In this document: positions 61,401-64,000 of the stretch, piece by piece
Layout of the letters: each line of letters begins with the position of its first letter
How positions within the stretch are numbered: position 1 is the first letter of the stretch
Assembly: GCA_965113315.1 (NCBI GenBank)
Contig: OZ220368.1
DNA from: Podarcis vaucheri
Lineage: Eukaryota
Direction: 5' to 3' (one strand)
Length of the DNA stretch: 64,000 bases
Translations under genes and position numbers: made by a program
Notes under the pieces: generated by a model
The model's input: only the letters and a program-made list of their open reading frames with translations
The model's database searches: none
What the model was told of the DNA's origin: nothing

Positions 61401-64000
61401 TGAAAAGTTGGAGGGAATATATCTCTTTTCAACTACGTCCCTATAACATTTTGAAGTAGACAGCAACAGGTCTGCTGATTCATTGCCTAAGAGGGTGATG
61501 ATCTTCAAACTTCTAAAGTGTGGGATTCTTCACAGCAGCAGCTCCTATTTCTTCTTGAGATCTGATACTGACAAGATTTTCTTAGTGCCCATGTGCACCT
61601 GGAATTAATTGTAGACTTTCTCTGTTGCTAGATGTGTACACACACAACCCTTTTTGCAGGCTTTGTAGCTCTGGATATTTGCAGCTAAGCCATAAAGTAG
61701 CAGCTGAAAATCAGACAGAAAGAAATACAGACAGAAACAACTATTGAGCCGAATACTTGGATCCACACTACATTGGCTTAGAACCCAGAGCATAAGTCGG
61801 AACTAAAATTCACTTTGAAAAAGTCAGTAAGCTCCCAAAGCTAAATTCTTTCCCCAGAAATGCCGCTGATTGGTGTGGATTAAAATTGGGCAGGGTGGGG
61901 AAGATTTTGAAAAGAATACAGATCTCAGGTTAATGTTTTTGAAATGGAAACACTTTTCATTTTCCAAACTCAAACTCATCCATGGCTCTCAGTTCTTGGT
62001 GCATTTTTGATTCTTAATATGAATATACAGTACATAATATAAACCATTAAAGTGAATGCTTCATTAAATATACTTTCAGCAGAACATCACACATGCATGT
62101 ATTCATGCTTTCTCTTTCTCCTTTGTGGCTTGGCTCACACATCACATTAACCATAGTTTTTGGAACAAGCTGTGGTTTTAACATGAACAAGCAGCAAGCT
62201 GGTATACAGTGTTGTAAAGTTCTTGCTCCAGTCCTGGTGCTGTACCATGGAAGAAACTAGACAAGAGTTTGCCTTGTCATGACACCAGAACCTTGACTTA
62301 TGGGTTTGTTTCTTTCCAGATAAATCATGAGCAGTAACTGAACTTTGTTCTTGGCATACTGCTCATGGTTGGTTTTGGAAAACAAGCAGCAAGCCCCAGA
62401 TCAGATGTCATGTCGAGCCAGACTCTCTTATTTCCTGGTCAATGTTTTTAACTATATTTTAACCATGGCTTAATTTGACATGTGAACTTAGCCACGATAT
62501 AATATTAAGAGTAGAATGGGTTGAATTTAGCCCCATCAGCAGAAGCCCAGGGCAAGGACTTCCACTTTTGCAGTGGGCCTCCTTCCCTCTCATCCTCCTG
62601 TGCACCCCCTGAAATTGGTTTGTGGGGGGCATTGGGAGATCCTCCAGAACAGTGTACCGGGGGAGGAGAGAAGGAATAATTCCTTTTACGAAGCTGAAAT
62701 GCTTGCTAAGATGGAATGATTGGAACAGTGGATAATTCTGGTTGATAGCTTCACATCTGAGCTGATCATTAGGCAACTGTTGAGTGGGGGCCAAGAGCTA
62801 AGGAACAGAACTGGGGTGTCTAAACCAGAGCGCAAGTTGAGAGCCAGAAGCAAAGGAATACTTGAGTTGCCGAGGCAAAGTCCCAGCCTGTACAGGAGGC
62901 CTTTTTAGCCTTGCTTGATGAGGACTGTCAGTGGCCATTCTTGGTAGGCAGCCACTCCAGTATCCAAAAGCCATTTACTATCTGGGAGATGCTCCATCTT
63001 GTAATCTGGGTGCTATATCATACGGCGCAGCCATTTACAGAGCCAGAGTCTCCTAGTTCTCAGCCCAGCTGTTCTTCCCATCTGTTCTGTCATGTTTGCT
63101 ATTGTCAGCCGACTTGACCACTAGATTTGTTTTTTTAATGCACTGTGTACAAATGATGAAGATGTTCAAATGGGGTTTTCTGATAGCTACTCTAGAACTC
63201 TCTTCCTTCAGATAGTTGATTAAACCAGAGTATAGAAGCATCAAAACAAGACCTTCTTATTTGGGCAAACATGTAACTGTCAGAGATTTGGTGGCTATAT
63301 CAGATAACATGTTTGTCTTTTACACAGTTTATAGTTTTAAACAACTTTTTTTTGAAACTCATTTTAAAAATGTGATTTTAAGCCTCTTTGAATTATGTGG
63401 GTTAAAAATCTAAAGAAGAGTATTTGTATGTCAGCCAGAATATTCTCATAGGGGAGCATCGTATTTCATCCTAAGAAGATGCCAAAGGGCTAACACAATT
63501 GCCAAGTGACTTTGAATTGTTGCTAATATTCCTCTTAGGAAAAACAAAACCAAGGGAAGCAAAAGAAAAGGCAAAGATCCAAAATGATATTGCAAAATGT
63601 CCTCATCAAATAAAAATATTTAAAATAAAATAATTAAAATACTCAGAGCATTTGGGTTGATTACCTTTCTCAGAAATTTATCAGATTCTCTTTTCAAGGA
63701 AAAATCTCTTTTCAGTAGCTTTTTGAGTCTTCAATGTCTCTTACATTCTGTCTTTAGATGAAAGTGCCACTCCACAGTTGCACACCAAAACTGAATTCCC
63801 TGTTACAATCTTCTCTTTCTGTGTCTTTGTTTCAGGCTAATCACTGAGAATTTGTAGAGTAATATGAATATGGTGGTTCCTTTTACCTGTTCTTTTCCTT
63901 GTGAAAGGCTCCATTTTTTTCATGGATACAACCATGTAGCAAACCTTAGCTCTAGCCTCTAGCAGACTTTTACAGTACTGAGATGTAATGACTGCTTATG

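Larger units (their letters stand above)
49185..64000 (+). other. FOXP4: Intron following the first coding exon of FOXP4 (incomplete)
   Basis: Begins GTactg; the expected next exon (ALQVARQFLLQQ-like) was not found in the remaining 14.8 kb. Confidence 0.8.

Noticed and set aside
63805-63847. Strong acceptor ttctctttctgtgtctttgtttcAG followed by GCT
   Set aside because: Reads ANH* in phase 0, so it is not the next coding exon; no good downstream donor seen.
1-64000. FOXP autoregulation via GTAAACA sites
   Set aside because: The roughly ten scattered sites I noticed are about what chance gives in 64 kb of AT-rich DNA and are not clustered.

Overview
Eukaryotic (squamate reptile, most likely lacertid lizard) genomic DNA covering the 5' end of a FOXP-family gene, best read as FOXP4, on the + strand. 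It contains a CpG/GC-rich, microsatellite-laden promoter and probable non-coding first exon (~6.1-7.3 kb), a ~41.7 kb first intron, the first coding exon (48986-49184, ATG at 49002, 61 codons, [12 protein letters not shown]...ELLHFQQQQ), and at least 14.8 kb of the next intron. The next coding exon lies beyond the window. The rest is intronic/intergenic sequence with Sauria SINEs, other tRNA-derived SINEs, L1/L2/CR1/Penelope fragments, Tc1/mariner-type and hAT MITEs, old palindromic repeats, microsatellites, two assembly gaps and several CpG-retaining blocks that look like conserved enhancers. Apart from the FOXP4 exon and short LINE remnants, the ORF track appears to be noise. I found no convincing new biological system. 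The most curious items are a Sauria SINE with a triplicated A-box head, a cluster of CAGCTG-centred palindromes, a uORF plus GGC/CAG repeats in the leader, a possible 8-nt poison microexon, inverted SINEs flanking the AUG exon, and a TSD-flanked Penelope insert with a decayed hammerhead core. Repeat family names come from recognition, not database searches.
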